Shown here one piece after another: positions 13,144 through 25,641 of a stretch of DNA of 64,000 nt (position 1 is its first letter; each line of letters starts with the position of its first letter). The position numbers and the translations under genes were made by a program. The stretch spans positions 321,408,001 to 321,472,000 of the forward strand of contig OZ024742.1 in the NCBI GenBank assembly GCA_964016885.1. The letters run 5' to 3'. The notes below the pieces were generated by a model. The model made no database searches and had not been told where the DNA came from. It worked only from the letters and a program-made list of their open reading frames with translations. The stretch is from Eledone cirrhosa (taxonomy: Eukaryota).

Positions 13144-13216
13144 AAATATTATGTATTTTGCGAAATCCAGAGACTTTCAATTATGGCCCTTGGTCTTTCA
13201 CACTCATTCAATATAT

Positions 13217-13262
<46 letters not shown>

Positions 13263-13420
13263 AAAAATACCAATGATAAACAGCAGTCTACTGATGACGG
13301 ACATTCTTGTTTCTCGGTCTCTTTTTATTCATATGTTAATATTCGCAACAACGCAGCACGCCATTTTTCATTCACATATATTTTTTCCCTTCGCTGTGGT
13401 ATATATATATATATATATAG

Positions 13421-13766
13421 GTATGTATGTATACGTACATATATATATGTATACAGACGTACAGTAGTATGTATATATATACATACGTGCACATATATAT
13501 ATATATGTACTTATGGGTTTACCGAACATTTATTATAATGCTCGGTTTGTTTGTAAACAAACAGCCCGAATTACGCGAAAAGGCGACGATGGTTGCCTGA
13601 ACACTGTACGGCGTAATTCGGGCTGTTTGTTTACAAACAAACCGAGCATTATAATAAATGTTCGGTAAACCCATACGTACATATATATATATGTGTGCAT
13701 GTATGTATATATATACATACTACTGTACGTCTGTATACATATATATATGTACGTATACATACATAC
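13421..13766. repeat. Near-perfect palindrome, 156-bp arms and 34-nt spacer
   Basis: 13421-13576 is the reverse complement of 13611-13766. Confidence 0.95.
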
Positions 13767-13824
13767 TTACATTTAAGTATCAGCCGTACTAAGAGTGAGA
13801 AATGAAATTTCGTTTCATTCTTTT

Positions 13825-13859
<35 letters not shown>

Positions 13860-13862
<3 letters not shown>

Positions 13863-14064
13863 TAGAATTGGTGCTCTGAAATAGATATAGATATATATAT
13901 GAATGTATATATAGTGTATTTTGCAATACACTGTATGCTTAATTAAAAGCATTAAAGTAAGTGAGTCTGTCACTACTCTAAAACAATAGCATAAGGTCTT
14001 CGAAATGCTTTTAATTAAGCATACAGTGTATTGCAAAATACACTATATATACATTCATATATAT
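13860..14064. repeat. (TA)n-flanked fold-back module (about 60-bp arms); relative at 23282-23497
   Basis: 13893-13953 pairs with 14004-14064. The tail ATTAGAATTGGTGCTCTGAAATAG matches 23470-23493 in reverse. Confidence 0.85.
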
Positions 14065-14811
14065 GTATGTATATATATATATACCACCTTCACCACTAAT
14101 TGATTTGACAGATGCCTTTAACCCATTAATACCAAATATTATTTGGTCAGTAGTAATACTACTAACACTAGCATCACTACGACTACTAACACTCAGGGCC
14201 TATGAGAGTGGGGTCCAGCCGGTACTTTGTTCTGAGGCCCAAGAGCTAAGAAGCCCCCACAGTAGTTTGTGTGTAAGTATATAAATATATATGAATGAAT
14301 CCACTAAGCTTTAGATTTAGTAGAATGTACAACCACTGATTGCAGCTATTTGCACTATCGTATATTTTGGTTTCTAGTAATTCCCTGGGGAATTGGTTGA
14401 CCAAATGCTTTGCTTAATTGTTTTATTTTTTTATTTTATTCTTTCTTTTAGATTTCAGGGTTTATTTTTAAAGCAAAGCATTAGCCCCTAAAATACAACA
14501 GTGGGCCCTGCAATGCTACATGAGCTCTTGCAATGCTACCGTGGGCTCCCTGTGGCCCACTTGCTATTGGGCAACCCGGCAACCTGGCCAGTCCGTCACT
14601 GACTATCACAACCACCACCACTATGACCACTGACATTACTGCAGCCACTACAAATACTACCACCACGACTACGACTACTACAATTACTAAAACGATTACT
14701 AACATTATCACTAGTAATACATCTAATATAACTACTAACATCACCACAACAACCACTACAACTACGACTACTAATACTACTAACACTAGCATCACTACGA
14801 CTACTAACACT

Positions 14812-14975
14812 CAGGGCCTATGAGAGTGGGGTCCAACCGGTACTTTGTTCTGAGGCCCAAGAGCTAAGAAGCCCCCACAGAGACCATGCAACATCCATTT
14901 TGAGAAAAATCTTTGCCTGCTTCGGGCACCAAAAGGGTCTTGTACTGCCTTACAAAATTTCTCTTGGCGGCCCTG
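14812..14975. mobile_element. 164-bp hAT-type MITE
   Basis: TIR CAGGGCC...GGCCCTG with a perfect 8-bp TSD CTAACACT (14804-14811, 14976-14983). Confidence 0.8.
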
Positions 14976-15299
14976 CTAACACTAACAAGACTAATGAAAC
15001 TTCTAACACTATCACCATTACTAACGATTGCTAACACTAACACCACTAATAGAACTTCTATCGTTACTAACACTCTCACCATCACTCTCGGTACAACAAT
15101 CTCCAATACTAATAACACATACCACATATTATAACCACTGCCACTACCATATCTCCATTACCACAATCCCCATCACTACCACCTAACACCACCACCACCA
15201 TTATAACCAACTTCACCACCAACCACATACACAAAGTCCTTGTAATTATTTAATAATTTCCACATTATAATAATTGCCTTCGATTACATTCCCACCTAC

Positions 15300-16459
15300 C
15301 AACACACCACCACCACCACCACTATAACCACCACCATCACTACTACCATCACCATCACCATAGCCACCACCATCACTACTACCATCACCACCACCACCAC
15401 CACTATAACCACCACCATCACTACTATCATCACCATCACCATACCCACCACCATCACTACTACCATCATCACCATCACCACCACCATAGCCACCACCATC
15501 ACTACTACCACCACCATAACCACCACCATCACTACTACCATCACCAACAAAACCACCACCATCACTACTACCATCACCACCACCACCATAATCATCACCA
15601 TCACTACTACCATCACCACCACCACCATAACCACCACCATCACAACTACCATCACCACCATAACCACCACCATCACTACTACCATCACCACCACCACCAC
15701 CATAACCATCACCATCACTACTACCATCACCACCACCACCATAACCACCACCATCACAACTACCATCACCACCATAACCACCACCATCACTACTACCATC
15801 ACCACCACCACCATAACCATCACCATCACTACTACCATCACCACCACCACCATAACCACCACCATCACAACTACCATCACCACCATAACCACCACCATCA
15901 GCATCATTACCACCATCACCACCACCATCATCACTACCATCACCACCACCATCACCACCACCACCATCATCACTACTACCATCACCACCCTAACCACCAC
16001 CATCACCACTACCATCACCACCACCACCACCACCATCAGCATCATTACCACCATCACCACCACCATCACCACCACCACCACCACTACCATCACCACCACC
16101 ACCACCAACATCACATCATCCTCCTACCCACCCACATCACCCACTTGTTAATACAAGGCCCCACACAGATAACCTCTGACCTAATATTTTACATCTTCAC
16201 GCTTTCTATACACCCTCCCCTCTCCCACACACACACACCTCTCTCTCCTTTCATATCCTCGTCCACCACACACCTTCTTCTTCTTCTTCTTCTCCTTCTC
16301 TTCCTCCTACTCTACCTTTTTCTCCTCTCCCCCTCCTCCCCCTTCTTTTTCTTCTTCTTTTCCTTCAATGGTGGTAGCCTCAGTATCAGCGGCAACAATA
16401 GCAGTGGTGATAGTAGCAGTATTCAAAGGGTAATCGCCGTCGTCGTCGTCGTCGTCGTC

Positions 16460-16540
<81 letters not shown>

Positions 16541-16541
16541 A

Positions 16542-16594
<53 letters not shown>

Positions 16595-17110
16595 ATAGTA
16601 GTAGTAGTAGTAGTAGTAGTTCATCACAATCTTCAAAGTCATCTCCGTATCCTCTTCCTCCTACTTTTCCACCACCACCACCACTATCACCACCACCGCC
16701 ACCACCACTACCATCACTACCACTACCACACCCACCACCTCCACTACCATCACTACCACTACCACCATTACCACCACTACCATCACCACTAATACCACCA
16801 CCACTACCACCACTACCACCACTACTGCTACTACCATTACCATCACTACCACCACCACTACTGCCACTACCACCAGCACCACCACCACTACCATCACCAC
16901 TCATACCACCACTACCATCACCACTCATACCACCACTACCATCACCACCACCACCACCACCACTACCATCACCATCACCACCACCGCCACCACTACCATC
17001 GCTACCACCACCACTACTGCCTCTTCCAATACCACCACCGCTACTACCACCACCACCACCACCACTACCATCACCACCACCACCACTGCCACCACTACCG
17101 CTACTACCAC
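15300..17110. repeat. Compound trinucleotide microsatellite region (CAC/CAT/TAC, CTT, GTC, GTA)
   Basis: Direct reading. It produces spurious poly-V/M/Y/G ORFs. Confidence 0.95.
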
Positions 17111-17463
17111 CTCTCTCCCACCTCAGTATCATCCTATCCACTCACATCGGACACCGACCGAATTTTCCACCAATCTCCCTCCGTCTTACCTCCACACACC
17201 TCTCCCGTCCCCACATACCCATGTGACCTACCCCACCACCACCGACACCCATTACCACAACCCACCCATCAATGTTGCGTGTCACGCCTCAATTGATGGT
17301 GCATTAACTGAAGCGTGTAAAACAACACACCCCCGTCCCACTACACGCCACCCCAACATCATGCACCCTGGTACCCAATTTCATTCGTCTCACCCACTCG
17401 ATTTGTACATGCACATACACACACACGCGCGCGCGCGCACACACAGACAAACACACACACACG

Positions 17464-17512
<49 letters not shown>

Positions 17513-17789
17513 ATATATGTGTGTGTGTGTATAGGAGAGAGAAAGAGAAACGACGGCTATAGCCTGTTGACGTACATCGCCACCATTCCAGTAAATATAA
17601 CAGGTTGGTAATTGTTTTACTGGGTGGAGTGCGGTATGACTTTGAAGTGGGTCTTTCAATTTAATTTATGCCCGCTCTGCATGTCTGCTGGATTAGGTTG
17701 ATATATACACACCCATACAAACATCGATTCCTCATTTGCAATCTAAACGGTGTCAGTCTGTAAAGATTTCATTAGAAATATGGGAATGA

Positions 17790-18045
17790 AAGGGTTGAGT
17801 AATCATATTGATGGCCTCCCCACAGCCCCGGTGGACAAATTGGAGAAGGCGTTTCCCTGGAGGATGGTAAGCAAGATGCACTGGAAAAGCCATTCCAACT
17901 CGCGAGGCTCACACCTGTGGCTGGCCAGCTCAGCGCCTATGGTGGGTAGTAGGGAGGTAGGCCTAGGGCCGAAAACACCAGAAGTCTCCACTGCCAAGGG
18001 TACGACCGCAAACCTGTCAGAGAGCGACCGGTATTTGGAGAGTTG
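17790..18045 (-). mobile_element. 3' fragment of a CRE-like (restriction-like endonuclease) non-LTR retrotransposon
   Basis: AVETSGVFGP...EPRELEWLFQCILLTILQGNA matches the CRE-clade RLE C-terminus pattern (ETxGxxG...FQRISxAIQRGNA). A second copy is at 39690-39870. Confidence 0.75.
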
Positions 18046-18234
18046 ATTGTAGAATGGATTATGTTTTGCGTTTGCTTCAGTCCGTGGATACTATGCGATT
18101 GGTTTCGAGTTGTGAGACAACATAACAACATAGAGACAGGGGACAAATGAGTGTCTTTCGACTGGGATAAGTTGCTCCAGAAAATCATCAACAGAGTGGG
18201 AGACCGGATATGACTTCAATCGGCGAAAGAAAAA

Positions 18235-18870
18235 AATAACAATATCCTACTGAACGAGCGTAAATTTGAATTTATCCACTTTGGAAAGGAGGATGCACTG
18301 AAGTTACCATATTCTCTTCCCTCAGGTGAAACTATCGTGGCATCCAACAATACCAGAGACCTTGGAGTAATTGTTGACAACAAATTAAGCTAGAGTACTC
18401 ATATAATGAACAATGTTGACATGAACCGCATGATGTGATAACTTTCCGCTCCAAGGATATCCCCAGCTTCATCCTTCTCTTTTCTACCTTTGCTCAGTCC
18501 CACTTTGAATACTGTTCTCCATTGTGGTCTCCTCACACGAAACAATGTATTATGAAAATTGAAGCACTACAGAGGTCAATTGCAAAAAGGGATAGACTGC
18601 ATAACAGGCCTTGACTGTTGGGTTCGACTAGAAACCAACTACTAAAAACTCAGACTCTACTCTCCAACGCTGCCGTGAGTGCTAGATCATCTGTATGATG
18701 TGGAAAATATTCCATCAACATTGCCCAAAAAATGTTGGCATCATCTTTAAAATCCACCCGAAGCTTGAGCCCTGGGCTATCCGCCCACTACAAAAATCGA
18801 AGTCGCATCTCATAAGAATATTACGGCACAACTATTTCACCTCAACTGGTCCCGCTTTATTATTATAATA
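18235..18870 (+). mobile_element. Decayed CR1-group LINE, RT C-terminal fragment
   Basis: Translates LLNERKFEFIHFG...RDLGVIVDNKLS and HFEYCSPLWSPH...KIEALQR, with stops and frameshifts. Confidence 0.85.
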
Positions 18871-18875
18871 CCAAA

Positions 18876-19061
18876 GCCGCTGGATTGGCAGTATTGGTAG
18901 AGGATCGGACGCCATGCTTTGACACATAGAGTTACGGCCCTTGCCATTCTGAGTTCAAATCCCGCCGAGGTTTACTTTGCCTTTCATCCTTACGGGGTCG
19001 ATAAAATAAGTACCAGTAATGCACTGGTTAATTTCTGGCCTTGTGACAAAAGTAGAAACAG
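18876..19061 (+). mobile_element. tRNA-derived SINE (octopus OK/OR-like, Meta-like core) with 16-bp TSD
   Basis: A box TGGCAGTATTGG, B box GAGTTCAAATCC, core GCCTTTCATCCTTACGGGGTCGATAAAATAAGTACCAG. TSD TTATTATAATACCAAA. Confidence 0.9.
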
Positions 19062-19209
19062 TTATTATAATACCAAACACATCAAAACAGAAATATATAA
19101 CAGAAAGTTCAAAATCTCCCACGACAAATCCCTCCAAGAAATTCCGGATAAAACCCCTACACTCGGTTATGTCTCCGAAAACAATAACTCTTTACTAGAG
19201 TGGTCCTAC

Positions 19210-19545
19210 TCAATCTGAATGCCATCAAGATGCACAATGGCCAGCAAGCCATCTGTTGATGAATTGTTGTCTTGTTTGCATTGATCCTGACACCATAAGA
19301 CAGACCTAAGCGAACAATGTTGTGCAAGATATTTGTTGCTTCGGCGTTATTGTTGGTGAAAATATCGCTGTCATCGGCAAACATGAGGTCAGTCACGGAT
19401 TTGTTGGCGTTAAACTATACAAAACTTCATCCCTCGAAGCTTGCTGCATGATCTGTCACTGATAACGTTGAACAGTAGGGGCAAGTAACATCTTCTCGCA
19501 CACCTGTCCTGATGGCAAATTCCTCGGGGAAGTCATTTCTTAACC
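19210..19545 (-). mobile_element. RTE-like reverse transcriptase fragment
   Basis: FAIRTGVR and DLMFADD...GLSYGVRINANKT. Confidence 0.8.
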
Positions 19546-19737
19546 AGAGAAGAAGAAGTAGAAGAAGAAGAAGAAGAAGAAGAAGAAGAAGAAGAAGAAG
19601 AAGAAGAAGAAGAAGAAGAAGATTGCCCCTATGGCATCTAAAACATGCTGTGATGTGATCAAAAGATTTTGCCACCTGGTACTTAGACATTACACGGAAT
19701 AATATATATAAACACACATAAACACATACACATGCAC

Positions 19738-19818
<81 letters not shown>

Positions 19819-20227
19819 CATACATACACACGCACATACACACACGTCCCACGCACATATACACAAATACATACAAACGTACACACACATGCGTACGTAC
19901 GTTAACGGATAAATTACAGCTTTAAACAACATGACAATTACCGTCCAGTCAAGAGTGTAGAGTTTTCACCCCTCCCACATTTCTCCCTCCATGCATCACC
20001 CTTCCTAATTTCCCTCCTCCTCAATCTCCTCCTTCTCATGCCCCACCATCTCTCCTTTTTGTTTGATTTTTTTTTTATCTTTCTATTTTCTTTCCTTTCA
20101 TTAATAAATGAAATTACAACAGTATTTAAGGTCTTAATTGACTGCGAAAGAGAGAGAAAGAGACAGAGAGAGCGAATGGAGAGAAAGAGAGAGAACTTAT
20201 TAACTGTATCTCCACCAGCTCCTTCTT

Positions 20228-20291
<64 letters not shown>

Positions 20292-20442
20292 TCTCTCTCT
20301 ACCTCTTTCTTTCTCTCTCAAGTGCAGCCCCTTCTCCTTGTCACTGCCTCACGCCACATGGCCGTCATATGTATAGTCACACATACAGACACACACACAT
20401 GCGCACGCATATATATGATGCATAGACACAGACAGACAGCGA

Positions 20443-20518
<76 letters not shown>

Positions 20519-21018
20519 TACATATATATATATATATATATATAATGGAAAAATTTGAACAGGGACAAAACAGAGAGGCAGTACAATAAATGTTTATTAA
20601 TTTCACGCTCAGGAGAGTGGGGGGTAGGTGGGGGACAAGGCGGAGGTGACGAGGGAGTGGTGGGAGGGGTCGAAGGCGACGGAGATGTCTAAGAAGTGGA
20701 CGTGGGTGGTGGAGATAGAGGTGGTGAAGTGGAGGGAGGGGTGGAAGGAGCAGAAGAAGGAGAGAAAGGTATATATATATACAAATGGAAGTACAGCAAA
20801 GGTATATATATATACAAATGGAAGTACAGCATATTCGAAGATGCTCGAGCCGCAGCTAAGCCGACGAATGCATTAAGCAGTGCAGCCAAGCACTCGATAA
20901 GGTATAAAACCTCAGAGTAATAACATACAGTTTAAAGGGCTTTGCAAAATGAAGATAGCGACCGGTAATTCAGCCGCGGGGTCCGTAGCAACGAAGGAAC
21001 TGACTCGCGAGAAAAAAT

Positions 21019-21065
<47 letters not shown>

Positions 21066-21552
21066 CGTGTGTGTGTGTGTGTATTTTTTCTCGCGAGTCA
21101 ATTCTTTCGTCGCTACTGTCCCCGTGTATATATATAAGGCTTAAGAAAGATATAAATTAAATCATTTAATTGATTTACGATCGTTCCTTTAAAATAACTG
21201 AAATATTCCATTCCTGTAATAATAAATTTATTAGAACCATCTAAATACAGGTAAACGTGTAGTAGAAGTGCGAAAGGTATAAACAATTCAAATACTGTTA
21301 GGAAAACGTTAACATTTTATTGAATCTTAAAAACGCAATTAAAATTTATCAGTGATAAAGATATTATGGTATGGTCCCGTAACTCCTGATAGAGTCATAG
21401 AGGCGCCATATTGACATACGGCGTTTCTTGGGCAGTTGTTAAGCTTGGTGGAGCCCATCCCTCTCCAGGCCTGAGTACAGCAGATTCCTTCCAGAGAAAG
21501 ATAAAGAATGAGAGAGAGGAAATGAGAAAGAGATTTAGAGGAAGAATTCACC

Positions 21553-22575
21553 CCAGCACTAGACTGGTACTTTTTTTTATCGACCTCGAAAGAATGAAAA
21601 GCAAAGTTGACCTCGGTGGGATTTGAACTCAGAGAGCAGAGAGCCGGAACGAATACCATAAAACATTCTATCTGACGTTCTAATGACTCTGCCATTCTAT
21701 CTGACGTTCTAACGACTCTGCCATTCTATCAGACGTTCTAACCACTCTACCATTCTATCTGACGTTCTAATGACTCTGTCATTCTATCTGACGTTCTAAT
21801 GACTCTGCCATTCTATCAGACGTTCTAACCACTCTACCATTCTATCTGACGTTCTAATGACTCTGCCATTCTATCTGACGTTCTAATGACTCTGTCATTC
21901 TATCTGACGTTCTAACGACTCTGCCATTCTATCTGACGTTCTAACGACTCTGCCATTCTATCAGACGTTCTAACCACTCTACCATTCTATCTGACGTTCT
22001 AATGACTCTGCCATTCTATCTGACGTTCTAATGACTCTGTCATTCTATCTGACGTTCTAACGACTCTGCCATTCTATCTGACGTTCTAACGACTCTGCCA
22101 TTCTATCAGACGTTCTAACCACTCTACCATTCTATCTGACGTTCTAATGACTCTGTCATTCTATCTGACGTTCTAATGACTCTGCCATTCTATCTGACGT
22201 TCTAACGACTCTGCCATTCTATCAGACGTTCTAACCACTCTACCATTCTATCTGACGTTCTAATGACTCTGCCATTCTATCTGACGTTCTAACGACTCTG
22301 CCATTCTATCTGACGTTCTAACGACTCTGCCATTCTATCCGACGCTCTAATGACTCTGCCATTCTATCAGACGTTCTAACCACTCTACCATTCTATCTGA
22401 CGTTCTAATGACTCTGCCATTCTATCTGACGTTCTAACGACTCTGCCATTCTATCTGACGTTCTAACGACTCTGCCATTCTATCCGACGTTCTAATGACT
22501 CTGCCATTCTATCAGACGTTCTAACCACTCTACCATTCTATCTGACGTTCTAACGACTCTGCCAATTCGCCGCCT
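21553..22575 (-). mobile_element. SINE whose A-box region is expanded into a 29-bp tandem array
   Basis: SINE core and B box at 21565-21630; 5' start GGCGGCGAATTGGC at 22574-22561; the array lies between them. Confidence 0.85.
21666..22564. repeat. 29-bp minisatellite, about 31 units (TTCTATCTGACGTTCTAAYGACTCTGCCA)
   Basis: Contiguous units without spacers, with recurring variants. Confidence 0.97.
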
Positions 22576-22892
22576 AGAAAGATGTTATATTAACTAGTTT
22601 ACACTGATACATATATACTACTCACCAAATTAGAGTTACAGGTATAAGGTATGCAACTAGAACATAGTTTAATGACACTTATTAATTGAAATTATAAAAT
22701 TAATATTAATAGAATATATTAGAAAAGATCAATAAAAAATTTATGGGAGCATAATTCAGTAATAAATATATCTCTAATTAAGTGAAGGTCAAGTTCATAA
22801 GAAACTTATAATGTAAGATGTATTAACAGAAGCGATAGACTATTTTCAAAATAAAAGTCATTATATAATATATCTATAAATATAAAAGAATT

Positions 22893-23008
<116 letters not shown>

Positions 23009-23135
23009 GGAGGTGAGTTTTATTGTAGTACAATAAAGCAATGCAGATCACACATCAATCTAAAACTACTTTTCATATGTTGATTTAAAACTGCACCATT
23101 CACAAGTGTTTTTTAACCTTCATATCATGTCTCCC

Positions 23136-23207
23136 TATTTTATCTGACGAAAACGCAAATGTCATCGCATGATGATATTTGGTTTTTGAAATGCGCATAA
23201 TAAAATA
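23136..23207 (+). ncRNA. Type I hammerhead ribozyme (intact core)
   Basis: Stem I TATTTTAT/ATAAAATA (8 bp), CTGACGA, long stem II, GAAA, palindromic stem III A-TGCGCA-T, cleavage triplet AUA. Confidence 0.85.
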
Positions 23208-23237
23208 CATGGAATTCTTTTAACCATCTTTTGATCT

Positions 23238-23286
<49 letters not shown>

Positions 23287-23508
23287 TGTATGTATAGTAT
23301 ACTTGGCAATATACCGTATGTTTAATTAAAACATTTTGAAGACCATAATCTATGTCACTTACTTCTTTTCGGCGAAAGAAGGGAGAGAATCTAACAGTCT
23401 GTTTCACGCTGTTAATTAAACATACGGTATATTGCCAAATATACTATACATACATTCATCTATACATCGCTATTTCAGAGCACCAATCCTAATACCATAT
23501 ATATATAT

Positions 23509-23573
<65 letters not shown>

Positions 23574-23617
23574 TATATATATATGCATGTATATATATAT
23601 ATGTGTATATATATATG

Positions 23618-23702
<85 letters not shown>

Positions 23703-23952
23703 TAGATTGAGTTAGAAACTCAAAATAGTCTTTTACAATTAAATAGCTCAAAAAAGGGAATCTTTCCGAGCCGTGTAATATAATTGAATATATGAGAGGG
23801 ATGAACACTGATACAAGTATACATGTGTTCCAATTGCAAATGACCAAGTTAGCTACGATGAAAAAATACTAATTTAAAATAATATGGTTTGCCTGTCTCG
23901 ATTTAAAGTAATAAATCAATAAAAAATAAACCTATATCGGGCAACTGCCTTT

Positions 23953-24030
23953 GATATCCGGTCAGATGTAATCTGTTTCGCAAGAATTATTAAGTGAAAG
24001 CCACCATTCCTGTGCTCTTCTGCGGGTATC
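23953..24030 (-). ncRNA. Hammerhead-like fold with two core substitutions
   Basis: Stem I GATACCCG/CGGATATC (7 of 8 bp), core CAGAAGA, stem II GCA..AGG/TCTTGC, GAAA, stem III CAGAT/ATCTG, then AC instead of UH. Confidence 0.6.
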
Positions 24031-24258
24031 CAGGAAATTCGTACCTTTCACTCCAAAGGATCTAAGAAGACTGAATGATATGCTGATAGAAAAGTACATG
24101 TTACAGCGCCTAGCACGTCTCATACTCATGCCGCTAAAAATAGCAGCGGGGTTTATGAGACTAAAGTTAGCTCTACATATGGAGCCGAGAATATCATAGA
24201 TTGATTGCAATTGGAACACATGTATACTTGAATCGGAGTTCATCCCTCTCATATATTC

Positions 24259-24369
<111 letters not shown>

Positions 24370-24566
24370 CATATATATATATATATATACATATAAGAAA
24401 GTGAGGTTTTTGTTTTAATGAAAAAAAACGAGATATCCTACACGAGTGAAAATATAAGTAAAAGAAATCGAAAATGCAACTGGAGCTTTTTTAACAATTG
24501 TATTTGTTTCCTATACCGGTTTCACAGTTCTTTCTCGCACACAAAACCACAAACCCTCCATCTCAA

Positions 24567-24610
24567 TTCCACTTTTGAAAAGCATAAGAACTGTGAAACC
24601 GGTAAAGGAA
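24567..24610 (+). ncRNA. Minimal hammerhead with U3-A8 variant core
   Basis: CTT-TTGAAAA-GCA(taagaac)TGT-GAAA-CCGG-TA-AAG, inside fold-back module 24395-24662. Confidence 0.6.
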
Positions 24611-24687
24611 ACAAATACATATTCTTAAAAAGACTCCAGTTGCATTTTCGATTTCTTTTCCTTATATATATATACTCATATATATAT

Positions 24688-25310
24688 GTCGGGTCACTCT
24701 TGAGTGTTACTGGTAACATGTAACCCAGTATAACCTGTCGCATGATCGGATCGACGGCGACTAAACCGGCAACCCCACCAAGTTTACTTGGTGAGGAGGG
24801 TGATTTTGGACACTCTGCAGGACAAAAAGCAAAACCTGACAAAGGGCGGAAGAACTCATAAGAGTCAACGGTCATCCAAAAGTGTGTAAATATGTATATA
24901 CACATGTACATATGTATGTATGTATATGTGTATATACATGGGTGCATGTGTATGTATATGCGCGGGGACATAGAAATAGTTGGGCTGGACACCTGATCGC
25001 GCGGTTTAGCCACTGGGAGTGAAGGACCCCTAGCCTTTGTCAGGGCATTCTTCTAGGAGAAGGCAACTCAAAAAACTGGGATAACTCCAATATAAAACCT
25101 GCGGCTTAGTAGTTACCGATGATGTTGATCTTTTCTTCATTTCGGGTTATAGCTACTGTCGCTCAGAGAGTGGGATTGGCTCTGTGCATAGTGTTTCCTC
25201 ACTTTAAAAAATATCTTCACGCACAGGCATTGCACGATAGAATTAATTAATAATTATTAATAATGGTATATCGTGCAATGGCCATACTCGATAACGAGGG
25301 GGCAGCCATC
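24688..25310 (+). mobile_element. Non-autonomous bipartite RTE-derived element
   Basis: Reverse copy at 47337-47955. Contains CTAGGAGAAGGCAACTC (resembling the conserved RTE 5' UTR motif) and a 3' hairpin CTCG-ATAA-CGAG. Confidence 0.75.
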
Positions 25311-25419
25311 ATATATATGCAAGAGATATCAACATGAATGGACCTGTTATTTTTCTCTAAAGACATTTTTTCCAATTCCAACCCGCCCGTCCCCTCTATC
25401 TATCTTATTTCTCATTCTT

Positions 25420-25455
25420 TCTTCTGATGAAGGACTAGCGTCCGAAACGTAAAGA
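25420..25455 (+). ncRNA. Minimal type I hammerhead ribozyme
   Basis: TCTT-CTGATGA-a-GGAC(tagc)GTCC-GAAA-CG-TA-AAGA. Module 25330-25548 has a reverse copy at 42950-43145 with a degenerate HHR at 43014-43050. Confidence 0.8.
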
Positions 25456-25546
25456 CCCTCTTCCTGCTATATCAAGCGTTAACCTAATATATACCTTCCA
25501 TATACTGCACCGATTGTGTTGTTATTTCTGTTTACCTTTTACATAC

Positions 25547-25641
<95 letters not shown>

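Larger units (their letters stand above)
12468..14601. mobile_element. hAT-type non-autonomous DNA transposon with nested insertions
   Basis: TIRs CAGTGGCGGACTGG...CCAGTCCGTCACTG. 8-bp TSD ACTATCGC (12460-12467) / ACTATCAC (14602-14609). Confidence 0.75.

Noticed and set aside
13288-13340. CTGATGA at about 13291 as a hammerhead core
   Set aside because: No downstream GAAA with closable stems was found.
13577-13610. Hairpin AGGCGAC/GTTGCCT in the palindrome spacer as a ribozyme
   Set aside because: It lacks both CUGANGA and GAAA. At most it is a truncated remnant.
21666-22564. 29-bp repeat array as a CRISPR array
   Set aside because: The units are contiguous with no unique spacers, there are no cas genes, and the unit derives from a SINE head.
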